A stretch of DNA of 64,000 nucleotides from Raillietiella orientalis. Its lineage: Eukaryota. This document shows, one piece after another, positions 48,101 through 60,330 of the stretch. A program made the translations under genes and the position numbers. How positions within the stretch are numbered: position 1 is the stretch's first letter; every line of letters begins with the position of its first letter. The notes under the pieces were generated by a model. It worked only from the letters and a program-made list of their open reading frames with translations, made no database searches and had not been told where the DNA came from. Location: positions 3,100,001-3,164,000 of the forward strand of contig JAYWIR010000021.1 in assembly GCA_036172245.1 (NCBI GenBank), written 5' to 3'.

Positions 48101-50810
48101 GTTAAGCATCTCAATCTTTCCGAAATGAGGTGCCTCTGATTGCGTGCGCAACGATTAGCCTTTTGGAGCTGTCCCTCTGCTGAAACTGCTCTAGCAGAGA
48201 GCCGCAGCGCCGTTGTTATCCGTTCGCATGGCAACCAGGGTAGCAAGTGCTTACCGAGATGATGTTTTGGGCGTTGCGAAACACCCTCCGGCAGAAATTG
48301 CATTTGCACAACAATTGCATGTTATTGTTTCGCATTTGCATTTCAAGGGTCGAAAGTGTTCGAAAACGAGCTCAAGAGTGTTTATCTTCTTGTTTCGTGT
48401 TGCCACGACGAGATGACGGACTTTTTCCCCTCCTGCTTTCTTCCTCTTCTCCCGTGAGGGAAGGGCCGCTTTCGTACGGAGATGTCGTGTCTGCCAAAGT
48501 CAGCACCTTCTTTCAGATCTTTCCACCTTCCAGCCAGCTCTTTCCGAGATCCAACTTTCATCGTCATTTCGCAGCAGCACTCCTCCTGCGATCGTTTCTG
48601 CGGCGCATGATTCACTTGGCTGAATTTCCTAGGCATGACAAAACGGCTGGAGCCGCCTGTCCAAAAATGCTGGAGCGTGTTTGATCTTTCTCTTCCTGCC
48701 TCCATTTGTGCTCCTCCATGACCGCGAGGAATCCGATGCACAAAAAGAAACTGCTTGCAATCACGCCCTCATCGTTTCTTGGATCGAAAGAATCCTTCCT
48801 GCGGAGCTTTGTTTGCCTCCTCATCCTGTCGCCGTGTTTTCTGTCTTTCTTTTTTTTCTTTTTTTGTTTCCCTTTGGCTCCCTAATAATTTCGCTTAATT
48901 TCCCCAGCAGACTTTACGAGCCACACACATGTAAATCAACCGATCGAATCGCTCCGAAATTGCACCGTCTCCCTGAAGATATCGCATTACGTTTGTTTGC
49001 GCGAGGTAAGAAGAATCCACTCGGACGGCTTGCTGCGGATTCTGATCATCATCCTAATTCCATTCTGTTCTGTTCTGACTCTCCGCAAGAAGCGAGAAGC
49101 TGCTCCAGCATCCTCCCTTCCACTTTGTGTGTGTTTTCCCGTTCATGTCGCCGCGCGTCCTCTTTGCTCGTTTCGCTTACCTTCTGGAACACTTCGGCGA
49201 GGCGTCCTTAAAAAAAAAAAAAAAGGTCCTCCTGCGTTTCCCTGAAGTCTGCTCGGGCAAAACGCGTTTGCTTCTTCCGGCAGGAACGAACAGTTTCGAA
49301 ACAACGGGGGATGGGAGGAGAGAGGTGGGGGAGGGAAGAGGCGAAAAAGCTTTTCCAACTCTTCGACCTGTTTCGCTCTTCTTCTTGGATTGCGCGTGTG
49401 TTCAACCGGACGGGTTGAATCCGAGGCTAATCCTCTTCTTCTTTCTTTCTTTCTTTCTTTTTTTTTTTTTTTTGCCTTTCCCAGTCTCTGAAACTCGAGT
49501 ACGAAAGGAACTCGGGAACACGGTGATCGATTTTGGACGAGAAGATTTGGTCGAAACCGTACACCGCCGCCATGTATATTTAGCCCGGCAGGAAAGGAAA
49601 GTGCTGACCCAAGGGATGGATTATTTTGTTGTTGTTTCATCTCCCTTCGGAAGGTCGGTCTCCCGGAGGCGCTGGCTCGAATCCTCAAACACCGCGCTGG
49701 AGAGGGCCCGAGCCCACGTTTCGTAAACTTTTGCAACGCGGAGAGTCATTTCTCCAGGCCGAATTCGTGATAAGTGTGGATTTTATGGTATTAATTTGTG
49801 ATTACGGCGAGATGGCTTTTCCCGAGGCCTGCGCACCGATTTCGGAAGAATTCCTGCGCATCGGTCCAAACGGCTGTTGGAAACTGTCGGCAAGACGGAG
49901 ACCGGAAATTATCAAAAGGCATAAGCGCTCTCCTCCATGAGCGAGCTGTGCGCGCGCGGTTTCCAGGGAACAACACCACGTCCACGAAATTAGGCATGCA
50001 CGATTGCGTAATGGTTCATCTTTCGCATGTGGTCACGGAGCACACTATTCCTTCACCACGCCCGGATTCAGGAGGGAGGGGGGGAGGGAAGGGAAAAAAA
50101 AAAAAAAGGAAAGAGAGAGAGAGAGAGAGAGAGAGAAAAGTGAAAGGCAATAAAGCCATAATTAAGAGTTGAAGTAATTAGGTATTGTAACGACGCTTGT
50201 TTACATTAGTGATGCGGGGACGCATTTGCCACCGTTGAAGGGGGAAGAAGACGGGAGAGGTTGTCATCTTCGATTTATGTGCGTCGATTCCGCGGCGGGA
50301 ACTTTCCGTGTTTCCGGATTTTCCCGATCCCGACAAATCGGAAGGATTGATATCCCGAAGCCGAGTACGGAAATGTCCTCTGGCGTTTCGAGCAAATAAC
50401 CGCTCGAATCGGCTCGAGCTGCCAGAAGAGAGAGAGAGAGAGAGAAAAAAAAAAAAAAAACAAGGAAAGAAGAAAGCGCTTTCCTCGGATCACGTAGGAA
50501 ACCGTGAGTAATCTTCCTGCTCGCTTCCCTGGACACATCGCTACGTCTGTTTCCGAGATGTGTTTGCTCCTGGTGATTTATAGGCTTTTTGTCTGGGAGC
50601 TTTCCGTGCTGCCGGGCCCGAGCTCCGCGCTTTCTCGTTCGGAGGAAAGTGCCTCTCTCCGTCGTACGGCGACTCCTTTATTCCCGTTGTTCCGGCAGAC
50701 TGCTCCGGTGCTGCTCCTCACGTTTCCCTTGAGGGCTCGCGTTCTTTTCCGCGAGTTCCTTCGTTCGTTCTTTCTTCCTTTTTTTTTTTTTTTTTTTGTT
50801 ATTCCATGTG

Positions 50811-50812
<2 letters not shown>

Positions 50813-50842
<30 letters not shown>
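50813..50842 (+). repeat. (TG)n microsatellite
   Basis: Directly visible. Confidence 0.95.
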
Positions 50843-50846
<4 letters not shown>

Positions 50847-51659
50847 TGCGTGCACGTGCGTGGCAGCATGGGCGGAAGAGGAGTCCGCCAGACTTCCAGG
50901 GAGCAGAACGTTTCTTTTCCAGGAACCCGTCGCCGTCTCCCTGACCCGGGCCCAGCTGCCCAGCAGGACGGTCGCTGAATAGCAGCAGCCGGCGCTCCTT
51001 CGTTCCTTTTTCCTGCCCAGGAATTGATTCATCCCTCGCTTTGGCCGCAAATTGTGGAAAATGAGATCTGATTGGCGGAGGAGAATCCCTGCTCCGCCGC
51101 GGTGTAGCCGATGGTACAATATGGAAAAATCATCACCATCAATCTATGTCGTCACGCAGCTTAATGTCATTGTTGAATGTTCTCCAGGTCAATTATGAGG
51201 TCCAAGGTGCTGCGGATAATTGAGGGTTGAGTGAGAGTCTGACTTGGTTCCGAATCCCGACGGTACAATTGTCCCGCTTCACGAACGCAGGCTCACACTT
51301 TTGAAAGAATTCTCCTTGCGCCGGAGGAAAACAAAACGGAAATTGTGCCGGAGGTTCGCCTGATGCGAAAATAAACGATCGATGCCTTTCCTTTTTCCTT
51401 TTTTTTTTTTTTGTTTCTTCTTCTTCCTCCTTACTTCGTTTGATTCCATTTCGAGGAAAGGAACGAGCGCGCGCGGGGGGGGGGGACTGACGGGTGTGGT
51501 CAGTTCCCATTTGTTACCTTTCAGTCCATTCATTCCGGCTCCTGCAGGAACTCAGGAAGTATGCTTCCTCGAAAACGAAGAACGAGGTCACGCTGTTCCT
51601 CCCGTCGCAGCGGAAGACTGTGGGCAACGTGCTGCTCAGCTGCCTTGGCATGAAAATCG

Positions 51660-51690
<31 letters not shown>

Positions 51691-51984
51691 AGGTTAGTAG
51701 TGACCCCACCAGGAGATCGTTATCGGCCTAGAATGATGGGTTTTCCTGTTCCGCTGTTTTCCTTCCAGCTTTTTTTGATTGGTCCGCCAAGTGCTGAAGA
51801 ACCGTTCGCCTCCCCAGGGGAGGAGCTCATGGAGCTCTTTAAGCACCGCCGACGCCATCCGAAGGCACGCAGAACTCTTCAAGAGTTAGGGAGAAGCCCA
51901 GAGAGACCACCCTATGAATCCAGGAAGGCTCCGGAGGAAACAGTCTGCGCCTCTTACGCTTAGTAGGGAACTCTTGCCCTGGCT

Positions 51985-52230
51985 GTATCCGAAGGGAATG
52001 GGCCCCCGAAGAGAGGGGGTCACTCCCTATTTCTTCTCCGAAGGAAACCCGGAAAGGATCCGCTCCTGGAATTTCCTCTCCAGAAGGAACCCTCAAGCTC
52101 CCTCCGCTTCCCGTTTCCTTCTTCTCTGAAGGAAACCCCAAAGGGACGCTCCCGAGTTTCTCTGAGGGACGCTCCCCGAAGGGAGCAGCGCACTTCTTGA
52201 TACTCTGGAGAGGCAAACCCCCGAGGGGGG
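51985..52230 (+). repeat. Degenerate minisatellite, about 40-45 bp unit, 5-6 copies
   Basis: Recurrent TTCTCYGAAGGAAACCC...GCTCC core near 52031, 52073, 52119, 52157 and 52203. Confidence 0.6.
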
Positions 52231-54859
52231 TATCGATCAGCTCCAGTAACGCGACGAAGGATCAGCGTCCACTCCCAGCCAGTCAACGAGGGGAGCTGTT
52301 TTCCATCAGTTCAGCAACACCCGAAGCCCGTGGGCCAACCAGCGTCGTCCTGAGGGAGGGAGGAGTGCTCGAAACCTACAACGCACCCCCCGTTCCCGGT
52401 GTCGGTCCCTCACAGGGGCAGGGGGTGCAAACTCGCAAGGTTTGGTTCCACGTGCGGAGGCCGCAGCCACGCGGGCCGTGAGGATCGTCGGCAGCTCGTC
52501 CGCCTCTCTGTCCCGGACGCCCCGAGATACTGCTCGGCACGACGTTTAACGCTGGAAGATCGGAGATTCACGCACGCGGACTCTCCCTTCCCTTCTTTTT
52601 CCACAGTCTTTCCAGGGCTCAGGATGCCTCCAAGTCCATCGTAGAAGCGAAGACCTCATCCCAGCGTGTCGGAGTTCAGACCAACCAGCCGCTTCCCGTT
52701 CACCTCGACGAGAGGGGATCTCCTTCCTGTTTTGCGACACTCCTGCTCGTTTCCCCGTCCCTTGCCGTCTTGGACGTCTGTTTCCCAAGGGAAAGCTGAC
52801 TGCGCCCTCTTCGAGCACCTGAGGCTGTCTTGGAGCCTCCAGGTGCCGTCCAGGATCCCCAGTTCCTACTTCCCTTCGGTTTTCGCGGTCGCCCCCCGCT
52901 CGCGGTCTCTCCGGCCAGCGACGAGATGCTCGCCGATCTCGCGCTCGCACGTTCGATTTTAACGAAGCGTGGACAAATCGAGGGAAACACAGCAGCCTGC
53001 CTGTGTGTGTGTGTGTTGGGGGGGGGCCCCAGGAAGAGCTCAGATTTCTCACGCGTCCGACACCAGGATGAGCGACGGGTTGTCGGGTGGCCGCACTCCG
53101 CAGAACCCACACCACTCGCTGGTTGCCTCGCAACCTCTTGCATCGAAACTTTTTCTGAGAAGAGAGGCGCCTCGGTGGAAGGAAGAAGTCCAGTTGGCCC
53201 GAAACCTGACGCTGACCAGATCTTCTGCACGAGGCGCAACGTGGCTTCCGGCAGAAGCGGCACTTCCTCTTCACCTAAGCAGAGACAGAAGAGGGGAAAA
53301 GTGGACTCGTTTCGTGCCGAACTCTCAGAGCCTCAGAGTGGAATCTGACCTCCCCACCTCTAAGCCGTGCGGTCAGCACCCAGCAGAAGGCAACCTTCCG
53401 CGAGTGCCTTTGGTGAGTGATTGAAACAGAGGAGGTGTCGGCGGTGCTTTCCCAAACGAGTCCGCTGTCCCTGCGTGGTATTCCCGAACCTGTTCCCGCC
53501 GTCGAGAGGTCTCACTTGTGAGCGGTGTGCTGCGTGCTTCTTTGTCCGCCGGTTATCGGCTCGATTGTGCGCACAGCGAACAACCGCAATCCATTCAGGT
53601 TGTCTCCCAAATCAATTTCTTTTCAGCATGGCAGTCTCGCCTCTTGCCGAACACGATATCGCATACGCCTCCCGCAAAACACTTTCCTTTCCCGGCGTCA
53701 AAGCTACCGAATGCAGCACACTTCCTACAGCGGCGCGAAAGCCTGACGTTTGCCTCAATGGGAGAGTCGTAAATTAAAATGGCCCATAGTTGATTTCTAC
53801 CGAATAATTGATGCTTAATTCTGAGCCAGCCTTAGTTGAGCTGTTACCAATTTAATGGCGGGAAATTTGGAAAGATAACACAAAAACTTGACCAGGAGCG
53901 CGTTGAATCGCAGCAGTGCAATCATTCTTGGAAACCATCAATCTTCACGCTACAAGGTGGCGCCCAGTAGGCTGCTGAGCTCCTGAGCGAGCCATTGACT
54001 TGAATGGGAAAGCTTTCGAGGTGCAGACAAACTGACGTTTGTGTCTGCACCTTGCTCCTTGGCGGCGTGGAAACCTCCCGCCGTTCGGTCCCGCGGTTTT
54101 CACAGGGAAGCGGCGCGTCCAACGGGGAACCCTGGAAAAACCGTGGAAGCTGAACTCTGGTCAGCGGCTGAAGCAAACGGCAGCTGCGACCTCTTAAGGG
54201 AATTTCCAGGGAAAATTCCGAGAATCCAGAAAGTGTCCTTTTTCCTTTTGCTCTTCCTAATTCTTATGCGCGAGACAACTGAGTAGGGATTCTCATGGAA
54301 AAATTTCTCGTTACGATCGAGATGGTCATCATCGATGCCACTGTTCGTCGTAGCATATCGAAAAGGTGCATTACATTACATCATTACAGATCGTCTTCCA
54401 ATGAAACGGAGGGAACAGAATGAATCTGTTCCTTGGATTCTGAATGTGATCGCGCTGGTCATAAAAAGAAGAAGGGCTGACGATGCTCTTACCCTCATCT
54501 CCAAAGACCTATGGGGGAATGCTCGTGGCTCAATGGGGGAAGCACAGGAATTTCCCAACTGCTCTTTCCGGTGAATGAAACATACGACTGGATCAGAAGC
54601 ATGCACGGTGGATGAGCTTTTTACATTTCAAAGCGTACTCACTCTACGCCTGACCGTTCCCCGGAAACCAAAATAAACCAGGATCCTCTCTTTAAATATC
54701 TTCAAACACGGCAACAACACCAAAAACTTCCAACGGCCGAATCTTCAGTCAGTCCCCAAATTGGGGGAACCCTTGCTTGGAACCTGCTCCAAGGATACGT
54801 CTTCCGTTTCACAGCCGGCTCGACCGTTCGACTTCTGATGCATTATCATGCAAGGCAGT

Positions 54860-55330
54860 AGGTTTCGCCTTTGAAGTTCACCACGTAATAACACGATAAT
54901 AGCAAAAGCTCGATCGTATAAAAAATGCAGTAGACAGGAAAATCCAACTCGATTTCTTTTTTTTTTTCCCCTCCTTTTGTAAAGCAAAAGATGTCTTTTT
55001 TCTTGGTTCCTGCGCACCTGATTCTGGGCACTCCTTTATTATCCGCTGCTCGCAGTTCCTTTTGCTACAGCGCACTCGGACGTGGTCCACGCTGGAGCCA
55101 AATTTCGTAGCGGCACCGAGGGCCGACGGAGTTTCCATTGAGCGAAATGATCGATTGCCTCCAAACAGCAAATGACAAGGTGATGCCGCACGAGGGGGAC
55201 CTACGAAAGGCTGGAGAGTCCTAGGGGGAAAAGAAGTTCAAACTTCCGGTTCGAGGATTCCCAACTGAGGCCATGGGGAAGCGTACCGAAGGGAAGTTAT
55301 GGGCACGGTACAAATCGACCAGAAGATCGT
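54860..55330 (-). mobile_element. Possible second piggyBac transposase fragment
   Basis: TPSALGAATKFGSSVDHV..RCS (~PxxIxxYNKxMGGVDxxD) is followed by LLHFLYDRAF (~LFFxLLDxA). Confidence 0.3.
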
Positions 55331-55599
55331 TGAGGCTGGGAGACTCCAAGCTGAAGTGCAACCCTTTCGGCGCACTGCATGTTGGACAACGTCAGCATAG
55401 CTCACAGAAACGACCTGAACCATGAGCTACTTGCACTTTTGAATGCATGGAGATCTTGACACTCGGGAGATTAAGAAGTTCAATGGAGTCACGCGGCGTG
55501 GAGCCTTTGTTTGTGGAAAATGCGGCAGTAAAACGGACAGCGTGCGAGCCCATCAAAATCTATATCTAAGCTACCCGTTCCGTGTTTCCAATGCTCCAA

Positions 55600-57510
55600 G
55601 CACAGAACGTACCGAGGAAGGCTCTTTCTGAGTTTTCAAGATGCGCTTCAATTACGAAAGGTCAGAGCGGGAAAGCACGCAAGAAGGCATTGACGCTCTG
55701 GAGGAAGGAATTTCTTTTTTGTCCCTCAGAAGACTCGGAAATTCGATTCAGGTTCATTCAGAAAATAAACGCTGTACACAGAGAGAAAAAAAAAATTGCC
55801 ATTCATTGGGTCGTTTTTCGAAGGCAAATAAAGAGAAGAAACCGTTAGGGTAATTTCCAGCAATATTTGTTAGATCTTCTCGGAAAATGGAGCAGCGTAT
55901 CGCTGCGCTCTCAGAAAATCTCCTTGGTTCCCAGTAGGTCGCAGGGATTTCAACCTTCCATTTGGTAAGTGGATGGAAGTTTCACGATCTGCCTGTTGGC
56001 CTCTGAAGGGATGGTTCCTGTTCTTGGGCGCTCCTTAACGTGACTCGTCATGTCTCGCTTTTTTGCTGTTTGCACCAAATCCAGATTCAGCGGCGTGAGA
56101 TTTGTCAACAGCGCATCTAAAAACAAGGAAACCAAGCAGCCAGTCGGAAGCTTTCCCATACCTTCTGTACCGGAAACCATCTACAAGATTTCCCCCTACA
56201 AGTTGCTATCCGATGTTGAGGAAGACTTTTTTTTTTTTTTTTTTTTTCCATTTTCCTTCAACTTTTCATTACAACTGTTACAACTGCCTATGTGCACTTA
56301 GTAACGCCTCATTTCATCCGGTAAGAAAAAGTCAAAGAAGCCACAGGTAAGCCGCGCAAACTGCTTCAGCCCATGAGGACATCTTTCCATATTTCATCGA
56401 AACTGCAAGATCGTCTTCTCCGTGCGCTGTCCTTTTACTTCACTTCTTCCAAAGGAGCGCCGTAAGGAACGTCCGTACGAGGATCTCGACCATCCTGCTG
56501 TACCGAGGATGGCACAGCAGGATGTGTCGGGAGAATCAAGCATTCCCAAGAAGCAGACGGAAGGTGTCAGAAAAGAAACGGTGTTCTCGGGCACACAGTT
56601 CCTGGGAAGTGTTCCTGGAAAGTGCATCGGAAATATCGGGTAAGTCGCCTCCCTCTACTTACCTTCGAAATCATAGAATAAGTTGAAGAGAAGAGGCAGG
56701 CGAACAATCTGGCGGAAACCCTGGATTCTGAGAGTAGTGCTATGCGAAGGGAGGTTATGATTTGGTTTCTTGTGGTCCTTTTCTGAAGGAAAGCAAAAGA
56801 AGGCATAGCGGACATATGGAAAGGAATAGGATGTAGCCGGATGCATTCGATTGCAAGGGAGTCTACACGTTAGCCTTCCCCTGAGCCGCCATAATGAAAA
56901 AGCACCAGAGTCGCAGTCCTCTCCCGGGATATACTCAAATCAACTTCAGCAAGATTCTGGAAGGTCTTTCACGAGTTCCTTTCACCGGATCGCGGCCCTC
57001 AGCTTTCCAAACCAGGATCCTTCTCCATGACTCAGCAAGAAGGGAGTCTTTGCTAAAAAACAAACGATACCTGCCAGAAGATCTCGACGGATCATAAGTT
57101 AGAGGCAAACTTGGTAGACGTATCCTCTCACTCGTCAGCCACATCGTCCGATACTAAAAGAGGGAAATTTTTCGAGGAATTTCAGAAACGCGAATTCTCA
57201 TTTCCGTCCGATGTCCATCACAAAGCGGGTTGTGCGGTTTCGCATGGCTTTACACGTTGCTGCACAGCCGGCGTCACTGACTCTCTACAGCCAGCAGGGT
57301 AAAAGGGAACGAAACGAGGAAGAGCCGACGCGAATACGAGAAGCCAGTTCCTTCGGCAGTTGACCAGCTTGTGCATCCTGGAGTGGGCGGCTTCCGCGTG
57401 CACTTCAGCAGGTGTCGAGAGAGGAAGCGAAGCACAGGAGCGTACGCCGCCGCCTTCTGCACCCAAAAAGTTAACTCAGGGATAGGACGCGGTGCAAGCC
57501 AGGGAGCAAG
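55600..57510 (-). mobile_element. hAT transposase fossil (ZMYM1/THAP12-like)
   Basis: APWLA..GGVRSC (~TTF zinc finger PWL..GAFC), RESVTPAVQ..VKPC..GHR..KNFPLL (~LKPIVETVILC..RGHRD..GNFLALL), FFIMA, VRYA, and SERAF near the end. Confidence 0.5.
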
Positions 57511-58849
57511 ACGGACGGCCGTGGAGGAAGATGTAAACAAAGCCCACAAAGCCTCAGATCTCATCTTCCTCCCACCGTGTGTGCCACCCTTCTTCACAAG
57601 AAATCCTTCACGGGAAAATCCCTTCCGCCGGATGATCCAACGGAAGAGCTGGACCGGGAGGCCATCGCTGCAAAAGAACGGAGAAATGCCCACGATTGGT
57701 TGAAACCGTACCAACAACAAAACGGCGGATTTCTCGGAAAGCGTCACTCCGGATGTGGAGCGGCTGCTGTTCGGGAGGAAAGGGCAGCAGAGAGACATGA
57801 GTCAAGGAGAGTGGCATGGAGGACGTCGGGAATTCGGAAGAGGGCTTCCCTAAAGGAGATCATGACAGCGGACAAACTGAACGAGCCGTTTCCGATAGGT
57901 CCGTACGGGTTAGGGCGAGGGTGACCTCGTCGTTGGGATACCTCTGTAATGTGCCGCGTCTCTTCATGCGAGGTTCAGTAGGAAAAATGGATCTTTGGTC
58001 AGTTATTGGCGGAGCGGATGGTCCATATTCCACGAGGCCTAGGGACCGTTAGTTCCATCGGAAATTCCACCCGTTCCACTCGATAGAAAGGCAGCTTCCA
58101 CATCCGACTCTGAAGGAGTCTTCAAAATGCGAAGGCCTTTCAGGAGGGACCGTCCCTCAGTCGGAAACTCGTTCCAAAAGATCTTCGACTGACCGACTGC
58201 CAAGTCACGACGTGTCTATAAGGCTCAGAATTCCACGGGATTCTGTGCACCTGGGTGCCGGCCTTGACCGTTATGGTCTGCAGCTTTTCCTCTCGGAAGG
58301 AAATTTCGGGAAAATTCTGGGAAAAGTGCGGGGATTCTGCCGAGACTTCTGAGAGACCACTGCATGCCGCACGGCGCGAAGGAACGCATGGCTACGTCTC
58401 GCCTCATCCTTGCGAGTATCCTCACTCGCGAAAATGAAGCCGAACTGACAAAAGAAAGAGAGAGAGAGAGAGAGAGAGAAAGTGTTCTCAAGAGGAAAGA
58501 AAGGAGAGAAGAAAAAATGGACTTCAGATATGCGACAGCTTCTTACCGTAATTACTAGTGACAGGCTCGAACGCCTCCAAATTAATGTGATCAATGCATG
58601 TAGGAAATCTGGAAATTTCAGATGGAAAACATATGTGAATATTTTATGCCACGCCAAGGAAATACGGCATTAACTACGAGACAGAAAAGGTGCATCTGAG
58701 AAATGTTTCCATCAGCTGCTTTGGGAAGCGATAATTTTTCTTTTTCCTTCGGAAAACTTGACCGATGAAAGTCCGTGCTTTCCTTTCATCAATCTTCTCA
58801 AACGTGTGAGGTATTGAGGCTTCTTCTCAGGGAAACGGGAGAAAAACGA

Positions 58850-60330
58850 AACAAGCGACCCAGTATATATCTGCAACGGCTGAGGTGCTGCAGAAAACTT
58901 GCTCCGAAGATGAGTACAATGGCACTCCTCACTCTTTGCAATTTAGGGCAGTCGTCAGCTACCAGAGGATTAGGATCCCCTTCTCGTAGCCTGCTGTCAA
59001 CTTCCCCATCTCCCATGTGCCACCTTTACTTGGGTGCCGATTTCGTCCTGCCCTTCCGAACAGCAACCACTGCGCATCCAGAGTGGTAGTTTCCGAGACA
59101 TCTTCTTCCACTTCGCTCTTGGTACGCGAGCGAGAAATCTTGGCCAACTTTCCTCATCAAAATCCCTGTATGTCGTCTCGAGCACTGAACCTGCTTCATC
59201 TCTTGACAAGAAACGTTTCTTATTCCGAAAGAATTTCTTCAACCAATGGGTGCGGTTCGAAAACCGCAAACAACAACAACAAAATCATGCTCTGGCAGCC
59301 GTCAGAAACAAAACACCCCCTCGAGGATTCCCGGAGCTCCTTGTACAAGAGTTTAACTGCTTTCTCATCCCATCTTCCTTTATTGATTAACTCCACATCC
59401 TCCAGTCTTTTACGAACATGCTCAAGGTCTTTCTGTAGACACGTTTTGCGAGCGCTCGTTCTTCCTGATTTCAAAAAAATCTCTTGTTGACAGATGTGCA
59501 TTGGCTCCTGTCGCCTGTTTCGTCTTCCACGAGTCAGCTCCTGATTGTGGAGCGTGATATGGATCTCATCTCTGAAACCTGAAGTCGACACGGCGCGTTG
59601 AATTGACAGGACTGCCTGCTCTGCTCTCCGTGGATATATCTAATCTGAGATCTCTGCCTCGAGTATTCATATCTCCCGGTGTCGTCGCTCGTGCCCTCGC
59701 GTCGCTTCCTCAACGAAGAATTCATCGTTTAAATGCGACCTACTGTGACAGCTCCTTGCGGAACACTGAGTCGAACAGTGACGCACCCTTAGTTGTTCCT
59801 GTCAACCCTTCCAGACCAAACTCTTCCAAAGCACCGATTTGATTTCCCATGACCACGTCGCGTTTCTCCTGCTCGATCCTGAGGATAAGTTCCTGCTTGG
59901 GATGTTCGAACATCTTTGCGGTTGATCCTCTTTGTCTCCCTATCTTACCGATAGGCTCTCCGAAGCCCGAATGGAGGTCGAATCTCCGCTAATCTCCGCA
60001 GGTACCTTTCCAAACAGTAAATTTAAAGCACGCAAGCAGGGGTTCTTATTCATTTCTGAAACCTCGTTTTTTCTCTTCGGCTCGTTCTCTTGTAGTCTTC
60101 CGTGCCGTAATGCGTCCATTGTGAATCTCTTTTCAATGCATCTTCGCGCACGCTCCGCGGGCACGGAGGGAAAAGCGAGCGTGCAGGCTGCCTTCCGACG
60201 AGTGTTCCAAAACACGATTGTGTTTGCACTCCCAGGAAGATTTAGATCCCGCACGAGTGCATCAGCGTCTTCGGTGGCGATTCCACGGGGCATCGCTCCT
60301 GGGAAACACAACTCCGTGTGTGCTTCGAAG
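58850..60330 (-). mobile_element. hAT transposase fossil (Buster/GTF2IRD2-like)
   Basis: EEFGLEGLTGTTKGASLFDSV (~EEFLxLxxLxxTTxGxDIF), EGTSDDTGR (~DGAxxMTGR), LLYKELRESSRG (~LLYxTEVRWLSRG), CPKLQRVRSAIVLIFGASFL (~YPxL..xxFGSTYL). Confidence 0.65.

Noticed and set aside
51985..52230. CRISPR-like repeat-spacer array
   Set aside because: Repeats are degenerate and unevenly spaced, there are no cas genes, and the context is eukaryotic.
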